A DNA stretch of 64,000 nucleotides, from contig CAWEYG010000003.1 in NCBI GenBank assembly GCA_963813155.1, forward strand, positions 64,001 through 128,000, written 5' to 3'. The DNA comes from an uncultured Acidobacteriota bacterium (lineage in GTDB: Bacteria > Acidobacteriota > Thermoanaerobaculia > UBA5066 > DATFVB01). Positions 20,243 through 30,968 of the stretch are shown one piece after another. The notes below the pieces were generated by a model. It had not been told where the DNA came from. It ran no database searches and worked only from the letters and a program-made list of their open reading frames with translations. Position numbers and translations under genes: made by a program. Numbering within the stretch: the first letter of the stretch is position 1; each line of letters starts with the position of its first letter.

Positions 20243-21211
20243 TTGGAACCGACTCTTTCCCTCGAGAAGCTGACGGTCGACCTCGGCGGCTCGCCCGGGA
20301 TCTGCCCGGTCCTGGAGGACGTCGATCTCGAATGCGGAAAGGGAGAGTCGGTCGCGCTCGTCGGGGAGAGCGGCGGCGGCAAGACGATGCTCGCGAGATC
20401 GATCGTGAGGCTCCTGCCGCCGGCGGCTCGCATTCGGGCGGGGGCGATCCGGCTTCGCGGCCTCGACCTGACCCGGCTCGATGAGACGGAAATGCGCTCG
20501 GTCCGGGGAGGCCGGATCGGCTTCGTTTTCCAGGATCCTTCCGCGGCGCTCGATCCGGTTCAATCTGTCGGCGGCGCTCTCCGCGAGGCCCTGCGGCTTC
20601 CGGCGCCGCTGTCGTCCCGGGAGGCCCGTCGCCGCTCGATCGAGCTCCTCGACGAGGTCGGGCTCGCCGGCGGGGAAAGAATGCTCTCGGAATACCCTCA
20701 TCGCCTGTCGGGCGGAATGCGGCAGCGGGTCATGATCGCGATCGCCCTCGCGAGCCGCCCCGAGCTGCTGCTCGCGGACGAGCCGACGGCCTCGCTCGAC
20801 CGCCCTCGGGAAAACGAAATCCTCGATCTCCTCGACCGATTGCGACGGGAACGAGGCCTCTCGATCCTTCTGATCACGCATGATCTTCGCGTCGCGTCCC
20901 GCGGGTGCGAGCGAATTGCGGTTCTGTACGCGGGCAGGATCGTGGAGGAGGGAGACGCGGCGGCCGTCCTTCGCTCCCCGAGCCATCCCTACACGGCGGC
21001 GCTCCTCGCCTGCGCGGGACGCCGTCTTTCCGGAAATCCGCCGAGGGTCCCGTCGATTCCGGGAACGGCGCCCGGCCTGCGCGCGCGCCCGCGTCATTCC
21101 TGCGCGTTCGCTCCGCGCTGTCCCGAGGTCTTCGACCGGTGCCGGAGCGAAAGCCCCGGCGTGACCGCCTCGGGGCCGGCCCGAGTGCGTTGCTTCCTGC
21201 GCCAGTCTTGA
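20243..21211 (+). CDS. Oligo/dipeptide ABC transporter ATPase (OppD/DppD-like)
   Basis: GESGGGKT, LSGGMRQR, DEPT, HPYT and C-terminal Cys motif. Confidence 0.88.
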   Translation: MEPTLSLEKLTVDLGGSPGICPVLEDVDLECGKGESVALVGESGGGKTMLARSIVRLLPPAARIRAGAIRLRGLDLTRLDETEMRSVRGGRIGFVFQDPSAALDPVQSVGGALREALRLPAPLSSREARRRSIELLDEVGLAGGERMLSEYPHRLSGGMRQRVMIAIALASRPELLLADEPTASLDRPRENEILDLLDRLRRERGLSILLITHDLRVASRGCERIAVLYAGRIVEEGDAAAVLRSPSHPYTAALLACAGRRLSGNPPRVPSIPGTAPGLRARPRHSCAFAPRCPEVFDRCRSESPGVTASGPARVRCFLRQS

Positions 21212-21966
21212 CCGAGCCGCGTCTTCTCGAAGTCGATCGGGTCTCGAAAAGCTACCGGGGGCCTTGCCTTGCCCTGGATGGAGTTTCGCTGCGCGTCGGT
21301 CGGGCGGAAACGTTCGGGCTGCTCGGAGAGTCGGGCTCGGGGAAAACGACTCTCGCGAGGATCCTTCTTCGGTTCGAGGAGGCGAGCGCCGGGACCGTGA
21401 CTCTCGCGGGCCTCGACTGGCTTTCGCTCTCCGGCGAGGAGCTCCGGCGGGCGCGCCGGAAGATCCAGATCGTCTTTCAGGATGCATCTTCGTCGCTGTC
21501 TCCCCGGTTGACCGCGGGAGCTTCGATCGCCGAACCTCTTCGGGGTTGCCTTGGCCTCGGGAAGCGGGATCTTCGCGACCGGGTGGGGGAGCTCCTTCTC
21601 CAGGTCGGGCTTTCTCCGGAGGACGCGAATCGTTATCCTCACGAATTTTCGGGCGGACAGCGCCAGCGAATCGCGATCGCCCGCGCGATCGCTCCGGGCC
21701 CGGAGCTGATCGTCTGCGACGAGCCGGTCTCCTCTCTCGACGTCTCGATTTCCGGCCAGATCCTGAATCTTTTTCGCGAGATCCAGGAGCAAACGGGCGT
21801 GGCATACCTGTTCATTTCGCACGATCCGGGCGCGGTGGCCGCCGTCGCGGATCGAATCGGGGTGATGCGAGGCGGACGGATCGTCGAGGAAGGCCCCGCT
21901 TCGGACCTTTTGGCGAAGCCGCAAACGGCCTATACTGCGTCGCTGCTCCGGGGAATGGGCTCGTGA
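21208..21966 (+). CDS. Oligo/dipeptide ABC transporter ATPase (OppF/DppF-like, short C-terminus)
   Basis: GESGSGKT, YPHEFSGGQRQR and DEPVSSLD motifs. Confidence 0.88.
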   Translation: MTEPRLLEVDRVSKSYRGPCLALDGVSLRVGRAETFGLLGESGSGKTTLARILLRFEEASAGTVTLAGLDWLSLSGEELRRARRKIQIVFQDASSSLSPRLTAGASIAEPLRGCLGLGKRDLRDRVGELLLQVGLSPEDANRYPHEFSGGQRQRIAIARAIAPGPELIVCDEPVSSLDVSISGQILNLFREIQEQTGVAYLFISHDPGAVAAVADRIGVMRGGRIVEEGPASDLLAKPQTAYTASLLRGMGS

Positions 21967-21980
21967 AGTGACAGAAAACT

Positions 21981-22006
21981 CGAAACTTTCGATGGGAAAC
22001 TGCGTA
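21981..22006 (+). promoter_or_regulatory. SigW-type ECF promoter upstream of tolC
   Basis: CGAAAC-16 nt-CGTA versus Bacillus sigmaW consensus TGAAAC-N16-CGTA. Confidence 0.6.
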
Positions 22007-22045
22007 AACGATATCGACGCGGATCAAGAGCGAGGAGAATTGCAG

Positions 22046-23752
22046 ATGAAGAGATTCAAGGGGTTCTGGAAGGCACTGTGCTTCACGGCGTTTGCGGCGC
22101 CCGTCCTGGCTCAGACCGCGCCTCCACCGCCGCCGCAGGTTTCGTCCCCGCCGGCTCCGGAAAAGCCGGAAGTCTCGGTCACGATTTCGGCCCGGGCGAG
22201 CCAGCGGCAGGAAAAGCCGCTTCCGCCGGCCGCGAACGACGGGGTCGCGCTTTCCCTCAAAGACGCGATCGAGCTGGCGCTCGCAAACAACGTCGACCTG
22301 CGGGTCTCCGTCGCGGGCGACGAGCAGGGGAGATTCGGCGTCCTTCAGGCGAAGGGCATCTACGACCCGCTCGTCGCGGCGTTCGTCCAGGCGCGCGATG
22401 AACAGAGCCCGAACTCGAACCAGCTCGCCGGCGCCGCCGTGACCGAATCGCGGATCGACGACGCGAATGTGTCCGTTTCTCAGCTCATTCCCTTCGGCGG
22501 GACGGTGTCGCTCGGCCTGAACAATGAGAAAGTCAATACGAACTCTTCCTTCTACTTCATCAACCCCAGCTATGCCGTGAGCGACTTCCTCAGCTTGAAG
22601 CAGCCCCTGCTTCGCAATTTCGGGATCACGCCCACGGAGCGCTTCATCCTCGTGGCGAAATTCACCCGCGGAATCGACGACCAGACGTTCCTCCAGAGCG
22701 TGCAGACGACGGTGACGGCGGTCGAGCAGGCGTACTGGAACCTCGTCTATGCGCGCGAGAACCTGAAGGTCAAAGTCGAATCGAGGGACCTCGCCGTCGA
22801 GCTGAATCGAATCACGAAAATCAAGATCGACGTCGGATCCCAGGCCCCGATCGACATCGTTCAGACGGAATCGGGCGTTGCGGCGCGGGAGCTCGACATC
22901 ATCACGGCCCGTGCCGCGGTGGGGGATGCCGAGGATCAGCTCAAACGGCTGCTCAACTTCGCGTCGGCCGGGCGCTGGAACGACCACGTGATCCCGACGG
23001 ACGAAGTGCGCGTCGAGGCGGTCAAGATCGACCTGGAGTCCGGCGTCTCGGCCGCGCTGGAGAACCGCCCGGAGGTCCGGACGGCGAAGTTCAACGCCGC
23101 CACCGCGAAGGTGACCTACGACTACTGGAGAAACCAGCTGTTGCCCCAGCTCGACCTGAACGCGAGCTACGGGTACGCGGGACTCGGCGGGCCGAACCAT
23201 CTCGTCGACCCGGTCACCGGAAACCCGACGGGCGTCGTCGTCCCTGGGGGCTATTCCGACGCGTTTTCCCAGGTCACCCACCGGGATTTTCACAACTGGA
23301 CCGTGGGCTTGAACTTTTCCTTCCCGATTCTGAATCGGGCGGCGCGGGGCGCCAAGGGCACCGCGCTCTGGGGGCTCCAGTCTTCGCTCGCGACCCTCGA
23401 TCAGCTGGAGCAGAACGTCACGGTCGGCGTGCGTTCCGCGGCGAGGGCCATCGACACGGCTCGCCAGTCCATCGAGGCCGCCGGCAAGGCCCGCGAGCTG
23501 GCCGAGCGCAATGTCGACGCCGAGAAGAAGAAATACGACAACGGGCTCGTGACGTCGTTCGAAGTGCTCTCCGTTCAAAACGATCTGGCCACCGCGCGGA
23601 GCGCGGAGCTCCAGGCCCTCACGCAGTACCGCAACGCGGTCGTCGCCTACCACCAGGCGATCGGCGATCTTCTCACCTGGAAGGACGTCAAGGTCGACGG
23701 CCTGTCGGCTGACCCGGTGCCGTCGGTCGAGGGATGGAAGGCGGCGAATTGA
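22046..23752 (+). CDS. TolC family outer membrane efflux protein
   Basis: Signal peptide, [22 protein letters not shown] and two OEP repeats; GAGGAG RBS. Confidence 0.9.
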   Translation: MKRFKGFWKALCFTAFAAPVLAQTAPPPPPQVSSPPAPEKPEVSVTISARASQRQEKPLPPAANDGVALSLKDAIELALANNVDLRVSVAGDEQGRFGVLQAKGIYDPLVAAFVQARDEQSPNSNQLAGAAVTESRIDDANVSVSQLIPFGGTVSLGLNNEKVNTNSSFYFINPSYAVSDFLSLKQPLLRNFGITPTERFILVAKFTRGIDDQTFLQSVQTTVTAVEQAYWNLVYARENLKVKVESRDLAVELNRITKIKIDVGSQAPIDIVQTESGVAARELDIITARAAVGDAEDQLKRLLNFASAGRWNDHVIPTDEVRVEAVKIDLESGVSAALENRPEVRTAKFNAATAKVTYDYWRNQLLPQLDLNASYGYAGLGGPNHLVDPVTGNPTGVVVPGGYSDAFSQVTHRDFHNWTVGLNFSFPILNRAARGAKGTALWGLQSSLATLDQLEQNVTVGVRSAARAIDTARQSIEAAGKARELAERNVDAEKKKYDNGLVTSFEVLSVQNDLATARSAELQALTQYRNAVVAYHQAIGDLLTWKDVKVDGLSADPVPSVEGWKAAN

Positions 23753-23780
23753 ACGATCGGGTTCCCGGAGGAATTTCGCG

Positions 23781-24533
23781 ATGGCTTTGATCGAAATGAC
23801 GGGCATCACGAAGGTGTACCGAATGGGCGACGAGGACGTGCAGGCTCTGCGCGGAGTGTCGCTCTCGATCCAGAAGGGCGAGTACATCGCGATCATGGGG
23901 CCGTCGGGATCCGGCAAATCGACTCTCATGAACCTCATCGGATGCCTCGACACTCCGACCGACGGCTCCTACCAGCTCAACGCCCACGAAGTGGCGCGGA
24001 TGTCGGACGATGATCTCGCCGCCGTTCGAAACCGCGAGATCGGGTTCGTTTTTCAGACGTTCAACCTCCTGCCGAGGACGAGCGCCGTCGCCCAGGTCGA
24101 GCTCCCTCTCGTCTATTCGGGCGTCCCGAAGAAGGAGCGGTACGACAGGGCGGTCGAAGCGCTCAAGGCCGTCGGCCTCTCCGATCGGATGAGCCACCAC
24201 CCGAGCGAGCTCTCCGGCGGCCAGAGGCAGCGAGTCGCGGTCGCGCGCGCCCTCATCAACCGCCCGAGCCTCATTCTCGCCGACGAGCCGACCGGCAACC
24301 TGGATTCGAAGACGGGCGCCGACATCATGGCCCTGTTCGACACGTTGAACCGGCAGGGGAACACGATCGTGCTCGTCACCCACGAAGAGGACATTGCGGC
24401 CCACGCGAGGCGAGTGGTCCGGTTGCTGGACGGCAGGATCGTGGACGACCGCAAGGGAGCCGGGATCGTTCCCCCGATCCCTCACGGAGCGGCGGCGCCC
24501 GCTCCCGCGACCGCAGAGCCCGCGCCCCGCTAG
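23781..24533 (+). CDS. MacB/LolD-type ABC transporter ATP-binding protein
   Basis: [27 protein letters not shown] and DEPTGNLDS motifs. Confidence 0.92.
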   Translation: MALIEMTGITKVYRMGDEDVQALRGVSLSIQKGEYIAIMGPSGSGKSTLMNLIGCLDTPTDGSYQLNAHEVARMSDDDLAAVRNREIGFVFQTFNLLPRTSAVAQVELPLVYSGVPKKERYDRAVEALKAVGLSDRMSHHPSELSGGQRQRVAVARALINRPSLILADEPTGNLDSKTGADIMALFDTLNRQGNTIVLVTHEEDIAAHARRVVRLLDGRIVDDRKGAGIVPPIPHGAAAPAPATAEPAPR

Positions 24534-24549
24534 TTTCCAATCCGTCCGC

Positions 24550-25572
24550 TTAGACGATCAGCATCGCGTCCCCGTAGGAATAGAAAAAATACTCTCTCTC
24601 CGCGGCCTCGCGGTACGCGGCGAGGATGTTTTCGCGCCCGGCGAACGCGCTGACGAGCATCAGGAGCGTCGAGCGCGGGAGATGGAAATTCGTGAGGAGC
24701 GCATCGACGGCCCGGAACTCGAAGCCGGGGAGGATGAAGAGATCTGTCCGGAAGTCTCTGAGGGGGTTCCGCGCCCAGGCCTCGAGGGCCCGCGTGACCG
24801 TCGTGCCGACCGCCACGACGCGCCCGCCGCGGGAACGCGCCTCCTCGACGCCTGCGACGGTCGATTCCGGGATGGAGACGGACTCTGCTTCCATCCGGTG
24901 GCCGTCCGTGTCTTGCTCCGTCACGGGCCGGAATGTTCCCGACCCGATCCGAAGCGAGAGGTCGGCGATCGCGACGCCTCTCTCTCGGACACCCTTCAGG
25001 ATCTCCTCCGTGAAATGGAGCCCGGCCGTGGGCGCCGCGACCGCTCCGTTCGACCTCGCGAAAACCGTCTGGTAGCGGTCCCGGTCGGCGGGCGAGTCGG
25101 GCCGCCGGATGTACGGCGGAATCGGCATGTGGCCGATCCTCTCGAGCCGTTCGTAGTCGACGGGGGGCGAGAAAGACACTCTTCGCCTCCCGTCCGCGAG
25201 GACCTCGTCGACGCTCGCGGAGACCGACTCGGGGAACGCGAGGGCGGCTCCCGGCTTCGCCCGCCGGCCCGGGCGGGCGAGGCACGTCCATCGCCCGTCG
25301 TCCTCGCGTTCGAGCAGCAGGAGCTCGACCGGCCGGCCGCCGGTGCCCGTGTCCCCGCGCGTTTCGCCGAGCAGACGCGCGGGAAACACGCGGGCGTCGT
25401 TGCGCACGAGCAGATCGCCGGGGCGCAGGTACTCCGGCAGGTCGCGGAATCGCCGGTGCTCGACCTCCCCGGTCTGGCGCGACAGGACGAGGAGGCGAGA
25501 CCCGCCCCGCGGTCCCGGAGACTGCGCGATTCGAGCCGCGGGAAGCTCGTAATCGAACAGGTCGACAAGCAC
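24550..25572 (-). CDS. queA: S-adenosylmethionine:tRNA ribosyltransferase-isomerase
   Basis: FDYELP, PIPPYI, RYQTVFA, AAPTAGLHF, TNFHLPRSTL and SYGDAM motifs. Confidence 0.96.
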   Translation of the reverse strand: MLVDLFDYELPAARIAQSPGPRGGSRLLVLSRQTGEVEHRRFRDLPEYLRPGDLLVRNDARVFPARLLGETRGDTGTGGRPVELLLLEREDDGRWTCLARPGRRAKPGAALAFPESVSASVDEVLADGRRRVSFSPPVDYERLERIGHMPIPPYIRRPDSPADRDRYQTVFARSNGAVAAPTAGLHFTEEILKGVRERGVAIADLSLRIGSGTFRPVTEQDTDGHRMEAESVSIPESTVAGVEEARSRGGRVVAVGTTVTRALEAWARNPLRDFRTDLFILPGFEFRAVDALLTNFHLPRSTLLMLVSAFAGRENILAAYREAAEREYFFYSYGDAMLIV

Positions 25573-25599
25573 GCGGGGATCATAGTAGAGTCCGATTTT

Positions 25600-25670
25600 G
25601 ATGTCGCCGTTCCCGAGGAGAAGAGCCGATTCCCCGCGAGGGGAATTTTTTTTCGTTCGCTCGGGAGGCC
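25600..25670 (+). promoter_or_regulatory. pyr operon attenuator-like leader with an intrinsic terminator
   Basis: ATTCCCC-GCGA-GGGGAAT-T7 hairpin (25629-25653) just upstream of pyrR. Confidence 0.65.
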
Positions 25671-25673
25671 CTC

Positions 25674-26228
25674 GTGGCTGAGACGCCCCCGCTCGTCCGG
25701 AAGGCGAAGATCATGGACGCCGACCGAATGGACCGGGCGATCGTGCGAATGGCGCACGAGATCGCGGAAACGGAACGGGACCTCTCGGAGATCGCGCTGG
25801 TCGGGATCCGCACGCGCGGGGTTCCTCTCGCCGAACGCCTCGCGAAATTGCTCGAGAAGAACGAAGGGACTCGCCCGGCGACCGGGTCGCTCGACATCAC
25901 GCTGTACCGCGACGACCTCTCCGCGGGTGCGCAGCCGGTCCTGAAGAAGACGGAGCTCAATTTCGACATCACGCCCCGCGTCGTCATCCTTTGCGACGAC
26001 GTTCTCTACACCGGGCGGACGATTCGCGCCGCGCTCGACGGCCTGATCGACTACGGCCGTGCGAAGGCAATTCGTCTCGCCGTTCTCATCGACCGGGGAC
26101 ACCGGGAGCTTCCGATCGAGGCGAACTACGTCGGAAAGCGAGTGCCGACCTCCTCCCGCGAGCTCATCAAGGTGTTCTTTCAGGAGACCGACGGCGTCGA
26201 CGAAACGTGGATCCTGGAGAGGGCGTGA
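25674..26228 (+). CDS. pyrR: Pyrimidine operon regulator / uracil phosphoribosyltransferase
   Basis: [22 protein letters not shown] and DRGHRELPI motifs. Confidence 0.95.
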   Translation: MAETPPLVRKAKIMDADRMDRAIVRMAHEIAETERDLSEIALVGIRTRGVPLAERLAKLLEKNEGTRPATGSLDITLYRDDLSAGAQPVLKKTELNFDITPRVVILCDDVLYTGRTIRAALDGLIDYGRAKAIRLAVLIDRGHRELPIEANYVGKRVPTSSRELIKVFFQETDGVDETWILERA

Positions 26229-27175
26229 CGAAGGCGACACTTCGCTCCAAAGACCTGCTCGGCATCGAGAGCCTGGAACCCGACGAAATTCACCTCATCC
26301 TCGACACGGCGGAGTCGATGGCGGAAATCGGCCACCGCGAGATCAAGAAAGTCCCGGCCCTGCGCGGCCGAATGGTCGTCAATCTCTTTTTCGAGGCGTC
26401 CACGCGGACGCGTTTCTCGTTCGAAACGGCGGAGAAGTGGCTTTCGGCCGACACTCTGAATTTTGCGGCGAAGGGGACGTCGGTGGAGAAGGGCGAGTCG
26501 CTGCTGGACACCGCGAAGAACCTCGAGGCGATGTCGCCGGACTTCCTCGTGATCCGCCATTCGTCGCCCGGCGTGCCCCACTTTCTCGCTTCGCAGTTGA
26601 AGACGCGGGTCATCAACGCCGGCGACGGCGCGCACGAGCATCCCACGCAGGCGCTCCTGGACGCGCTGACGATCCGCCAGAAGAAGAAGCGATTCGAGGG
26701 CCTTCGGGTCGCGATCGTCGGCGACGTCGCGCATTCGAGGGTCGTCCGGTCGAACATCTGGTGCCTCACGAAGCTCAAGGCGGATGTGACGATCTGCGCG
26801 CCTCCGACCTTGATGCCGGTCGGCATCGAATCGATGGGCGTTTCCGCGACGTCCGATTTCGAAGAGGCCCTCGCCGGCGCCGATGTCGTGATGATGCTTC
26901 GCGTCCAGATCGAGCGCGGCGGAAAGATGGCGTTTCCCTCGTCCAGGGAATATTTCACGCGATACGGCCTGACGCGCGAGCGACTCGCGCTCGCGCGCCC
27001 CGACGCGATCGTCATGCACCCGGGCCCCATGAACCGTGGAGTCGAGATTTCGTCGGACATCGCGGACGACACGGAACGCTCCGTGATCCTGAGTCAGGTC
27101 GCGAACGGCGTCGCCGTGCGAATGGCGGTGCTTTACCTGCTCGCGGGCGGAAACCCGCAGACGTGGAACTCATGA
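26225..27175 (+). CDS. pyrB: Aspartate carbamoyltransferase catalytic subunit
   Basis: [18 protein letters not shown] and [12 protein letters not shown] motifs. Confidence 0.96.
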   Translation: MTKATLRSKDLLGIESLEPDEIHLILDTAESMAEIGHREIKKVPALRGRMVVNLFFEASTRTRFSFETAEKWLSADTLNFAAKGTSVEKGESLLDTAKNLEAMSPDFLVIRHSSPGVPHFLASQLKTRVINAGDGAHEHPTQALLDALTIRQKKKRFEGLRVAIVGDVAHSRVVRSNIWCLTKLKADVTICAPPTLMPVGIESMGVSATSDFEEALAGADVVMMLRVQIERGGKMAFPSSREYFTRYGLTRERLALARPDAIVMHPGPMNRGVEISSDIADDTERSVILSQVANGVAVRMAVLYLLAGGNPQTWNS

Positions 27176-28455
27176 GCCTCTTGATCCGGGGAGGGCGCGT
27201 CGTCGATCCCGAAAGCCGGCGCGACGGGCTTCTCGACGTGTTCGTCGAAGACGGGAAAATCTCCCGAATCGGCGAAAACCTCGACGCCGGCGATTCGGAA
27301 GTGCTCGACGCGACCGGGCTTCTCGTGTTTCCCGGTTTCATCGACCTCCACGTCCACCTGCGGGAGCCGGGGTTCGAGTACCGGGAATCGATCTCCTCGG
27401 GCACGGCCGCGGCGGCCGCCGGCGGGTTCACCGCGGTTTGCGCGATGGCGAACACGAGCCCCGTCAACGACCACCACACCGTCACGCGTTGGATCGTCGA
27501 CCGCGCGCGCGAGGCCGGCTCGACGCGCGTCTATCCGATCGGCGCGATCACGAAAGGGCTGCGAGGCGAGGAGCTCGCGGAGTTCGGCGAGATGAAGGAG
27601 GCCGGCGCTGTGGCCGTCTCCGACGACGGGAGATGGGTCGCGAACGGCTCGGTGATGCGGCGCGCTCTCGAGTACGCCGGGCTGTTCGACCTGCCGGTCG
27701 CGACCCACGCGGAGGACGAGACCCTGTCGTGCCGCGCCGCCATGAACGAAGGGGCGGCTTCCACGCGTCTCGGTCTTTCCGCCCAGCCGGCGGAGGCCGA
27801 ATCGACGGCCGTGGCGCGCGACATCGCGCTGTGCTCGCTTGCCGCCGGCCGGCTCCACGTCTGTCACCTGTCAACCGCCGCGTCCGCTGCCCTCGTGCGC
27901 GAGGCGAAGGCGAAGGGCTTGCGCGTGACAGCGGAGGTCACCCCGCACCATCTGTTCCTGACGGACCGGGCGGTCGGGGAGTCGGGGTTCTCGCCGAACA
28001 CGAAGGTGAACCCGCCCCTGCGCTCGGAGCGCGAGGGCGATGCCCTCGTCGCCGCGATCGCCGACGGCACGATCGATGCGATCGCGACGGATCACGCTCC
28101 GCACCATCCGGACGAGAAGGCCGTCGACTACGAATCCGCGCCTTTCGGGGTCATTGGCCTCGAGACGGCGGTCGCGCTCGTCTACACGAAGCTCGTCGCG
28201 ACCGGCCGGATTCCCCTGTCGAGAATGGTCGAGCTGTTCTCGGGCGGCCCGGCCCGAGCCTTCTCGCTTCCGGGGGGAACGCTGGCCGAGGGTCGCGAAG
28301 CCGACATCACGATCTTCGATCCGTCCGCCGAGTTCGAGGTCGATCCCCGGGCGTTCCGGTCCCGGTCGCGCAACACGCCGTTTTCCGGGTGGAAGCTCTC
28401 CGGCCGCGCGGCCGCGACCTTCGTCTCGGGAAGAGAGACTTTCCGCCGGACGTGA
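27172..28455 (+). CDS. pyrC: Dihydroorotase
   Basis: [24 protein letters not shown] and ATDHAPH motifs. Confidence 0.95.
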   Translation: MSLLIRGGRVVDPESRRDGLLDVFVEDGKISRIGENLDAGDSEVLDATGLLVFPGFIDLHVHLREPGFEYRESISSGTAAAAAGGFTAVCAMANTSPVNDHHTVTRWIVDRAREAGSTRVYPIGAITKGLRGEELAEFGEMKEAGAVAVSDDGRWVANGSVMRRALEYAGLFDLPVATHAEDETLSCRAAMNEGAASTRLGLSAQPAEAESTAVARDIALCSLAAGRLHVCHLSTAASAALVREAKAKGLRVTAEVTPHHLFLTDRAVGESGFSPNTKVNPPLRSEREGDALVAAIADGTIDAIATDHAPHHPDEKAVDYESAPFGVIGLETAVALVYTKLVATGRIPLSRMVELFSGGPARAFSLPGGTLAEGREADITIFDPSAEFEVDPRAFRSRSRNTPFSGWKLSGRAAATFVSGRETFRRT

Positions 28456-28841
28456 TGACTCCTCCGAAGAGGATCGTCATCGTCGACGATTCCGACGCCG
28501 CCTGCGAGATGTTTCGCGAGATCCTGGTGGAGAGGTACGGGGCGGACCGGGTGGCCGTGGAAACCTACATCACGCCGATCCACGCGCTCCCGAAGATCGA
28601 CGACACGATCGATCTCCTGATTGTGGACCTGGAGATGCCGCACATCGACGGAAAGAAATTTCTCCAGTTCGCCATCGAGAAGGGCATCGCCCGGGGCAAG
28701 GTGATCGTCACATCCGGCCGGGACGCCGAAGAGCTCCACAGGATCTTTCCGGCGGGGTCCTGCCTCGCCGTGATGAACAAGACGGAGCCCAAGCAGCGCG
28801 AGGCCTTCACGATGATCCTCGATTCGATCATGAAACGGTGA
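28455..28841 (+). CDS. Single-domain response regulator (CheY-like)
   Basis: IVDD, DLEMP phosphoacceptor, TSG and conserved K; TGATG coupling to pyrC. Confidence 0.85.
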   Translation: MTPPKRIVIVDDSDAACEMFREILVERYGADRVAVETYITPIHALPKIDDTIDLLIVDLEMPHIDGKKFLQFAIEKGIARGKVIVTSGRDAEELHRIFPAGSCLAVMNKTEPKQREAFTMILDSIMKR

Positions 28842-28852
28842 GAAGACCCGGA

Positions 28853-29134
28853 TCAGTTGATCCGCGTCGGATCGGGCGGGAAACGTTCGTCGACGATCCT
28901 CGCGAGGCGGGGGCGGATCAGGAGATCGAATTGACGGTGGCTGCCGGGAAAGAGGTTGACGACGGCGGTCTCCGCGCGGCGGATGAGGTCCCGAGCGTCT
29001 TCGAGCGTGAGAGCCGGTTCCTGCGAGAGGACGCTCGCGGTGAGGTCGACGACGAGCCGCAGACGCCTCAGCCGTTTCTGCTCGTCGATCAGCGCCTCGG
29101 GGTCCGCCGAGGGAGCGGGCTGTTCCCCGTCCAC
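28853..29134 (-). CDS. Small helical hypothetical protein
   Basis: EQKRLRRLRLVVDLT...LFPGSHRQFDLLIRPRLARIVDERF; fills the gap between genes with protein-like composition. Confidence 0.7.
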   Translation of the reverse strand: MDGEQPAPSADPEALIDEQKRLRRLRLVVDLTASVLSQEPALTLEDARDLIRRAETAVVNLFPGSHRQFDLLIRPRLARIVDERFPPDPTRIN

Positions 29135-29202
29135 GCGCCAATGATCGCACGCCCGGGGGGGAATCGCCACAGCGCCGGCCGGGTTTTCCGTGGAGCCACG
29201 CC

Positions 29203-29982
29203 GTGATCGAAGTCGCGACGGCCGCCGCGAAGCGGGCGGGAGAAATTCTGCTGTCGCACTGGCGAAAGCTGCCTCCCGGTTCCGTCGAGGAGAAGGCGAA
29301 GAACGACTTCGTCTCGATCGCGGACCGCGAGAGCGAGCGGGCCATCGTCGAGACGATTCTCCGCTCGTTTCCCGGCGACGGCATCCTCGGCGAGGAAGGG
29401 GCGCGGCGGCCGGGAACGAGCGGGCGCGAGTGGGTGATCGACCCCCTGGACGGAACTTCGAACTTCATCGCGGGATTTCCCTTCTGGTGCGTGTCGATCG
29501 GCGTCCGGCAGGAGGGCGAAAGTCTCGCGGGCGTCGTGTGGGACCCCCTGCGCGAGGAGCTGTACCGGGCCGAGAGGGGGAGCGGCGCGTTTCGCAACGG
29601 CGACCGCCTCGCCGTGTCGCGGCGGCCGTCCGCCGAGGGCGCGTTTCTCGCGACCGGCTTCCCGTTTCGGGAGCATGCGAAGATCGACGAATACCTCGCG
29701 ATCTTCCGCGCGCTCTTTCTCGAGGCGAAGGCGATCCGCCGCGCGGGGAGCGCGGCGCTCGACCTGGCCTGTGTCGCGTCGGGAGTTTTCGACGGATTTT
29801 TCGAGTTCCGCCTCTCTCCGTGGGACATCGCGGCAGGCGCGGTTCTGATCACGGAGGCGGGAGGCGTGCTGCGGGATTTCGGGGGCGGGCAGGACTACTT
29901 CGAGACGGGCGACGTGCTGGCGGGACCGCCGGGTGTCGTCGAGGACATCCTTTCGACAATTCGCAAAATTCGCAGGAGCTAG
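29203..29982 (+). CDS. suhB: Inositol monophosphatase family protein
   Basis: GEE, WVIDPLDGTSNF, RRAGSAALD and WDIAAG motifs. Confidence 0.93.
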   Translation: MIEVATAAAKRAGEILLSHWRKLPPGSVEEKAKNDFVSIADRESERAIVETILRSFPGDGILGEEGARRPGTSGREWVIDPLDGTSNFIAGFPFWCVSIGVRQEGESLAGVVWDPLREELYRAERGSGAFRNGDRLAVSRRPSAEGAFLATGFPFREHAKIDEYLAIFRALFLEAKAIRRAGSAALDLACVASGVFDGFFEFRLSPWDIAAGAVLITEAGGVLRDFGGGQDYFETGDVLAGPPGVVEDILSTIRKIRRS

Positions 29983-30122
29983 GACTCGCTCGGCTGGTCG
30001 CAGCCAGCCCCAGCGCCCGCTCGGCAAGTCTTCTCGACCCTCGGCCGCAGTTCGCTTTCCCTCGGGATCTCGAAGACCAGCCTGCGCGGGCGCGTTGGCC
30101 CCGGGTGCTCTCTGCGGCGCCC
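29983..30122. other. Structured intergenic element (REP-like or ncRNA candidate)
   Basis: Hairpin GGCTGG/CCAGCC, then nested stems GCGCCCGC/GCGGGCGC and GTCTTC/GAAGAC. Confidence 0.3.
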
Positions 30123-30950
30123 CTACGGCACGCAGAGAACGGGAACCGGCGAGCGGCGCAGGACGCGCTCGGTCGTCGATCCGAGCACCATCTCCACGAT
30201 CCGCCCGTGGCCGTGGGAGCCGAGCGCCACGAGATCGTGGGCGGGCAGCCGTTTCAGGATTTCTTCGTCCGGGTGCCCGGTCGCGGATTCGAAAGAAACC
30301 TGCACGCCGCCGCCGGCGGCCGCGAGCGCGGCCTTTCGCCTCTTCTCGACTTCCGCGGGGTCGACCTCGACCGTCAGGATGTCGAGCGAGCTGCCCACCT
30401 TCTCGGCGAGGTCCCGCGCGGCGGAAAGCGCCCGCGCGGAACGCTCGGAGGCGTCGAAGGCCGCCAGCGGTCGCGAAAAGCCATCGCCGGCGGCCGGGCA
30501 GACGACAGCCGGAATCGCGAGCTTGCGGAGCAGCGCGTCCGAATGACCGCCCAAAGACTTTCCGCGTTTCGACCCGACGCCAACCGTCCCGAGGAAGATC
30601 GCGTCGGCGTCCTCCGAGGCGCGAAGGAGTTCGTGAACGACGATTCCTTCCCCGACGCGCGCGGAGCCGGCCACGCCCGACGCTTCGAGCTTCGAGCGAA
30701 AGTCCGCCACGACGGTCTCCGCGATCCCCCGCAGAGCCTCGCGCATCTCGCCGGTCAGGTTCAGGAACGGCTGAAAGCCGACCGAGCCCGAAAGGTCCGC
30801 GATGAAGGTCGCGTCCATCATCGCCGTATCGACGATATGAACTCCTTCCACGGCGGCGCCGAGCTTTCCGCCGAGAAAGATCGCGAGGCGGGCCGCGCAG
30901 TCGGAAAACGGGGATCCGTCGAGAGCGACGAGCAGCTTTTTCCAGGCCAT
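30123..30950 (-). CDS. Universal stress protein (tandem USP domains)
   Basis: LLVALDGS and GSHGHG..MVLGSTTERVLRRSPVPVL motifs. Confidence 0.9.
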   Translation of the reverse strand: MAWKKLLVALDGSPFSDCAARLAIFLGGKLGAAVEGVHIVDTAMMDATFIADLSGSVGFQPFLNLTGEMREALRGIAETVVADFRSKLEASGVAGSARVGEGIVVHELLRASEDADAIFLGTVGVGSKRGKSLGGHSDALLRKLAIPAVVCPAAGDGFSRPLAAFDASERSARALSAARDLAEKVGSSLDILTVEVDPAEVEKRRKAALAAAGGGVQVSFESATGHPDEEILKRLPAHDLVALGSHGHGRIVEMVLGSTTERVLRRSPVPVLCVP

Positions 30951-30968
30951 GGAGAAGATTCTATCCGA

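Noticed and set aside
29983-30122. SRP (4.5S) RNA or 6S RNA
   Set aside because: No SRP domain IV motif (GGAA loop with AGCAG), and it is short for 6S with no clear central bubble; kept only as an unnamed structured element
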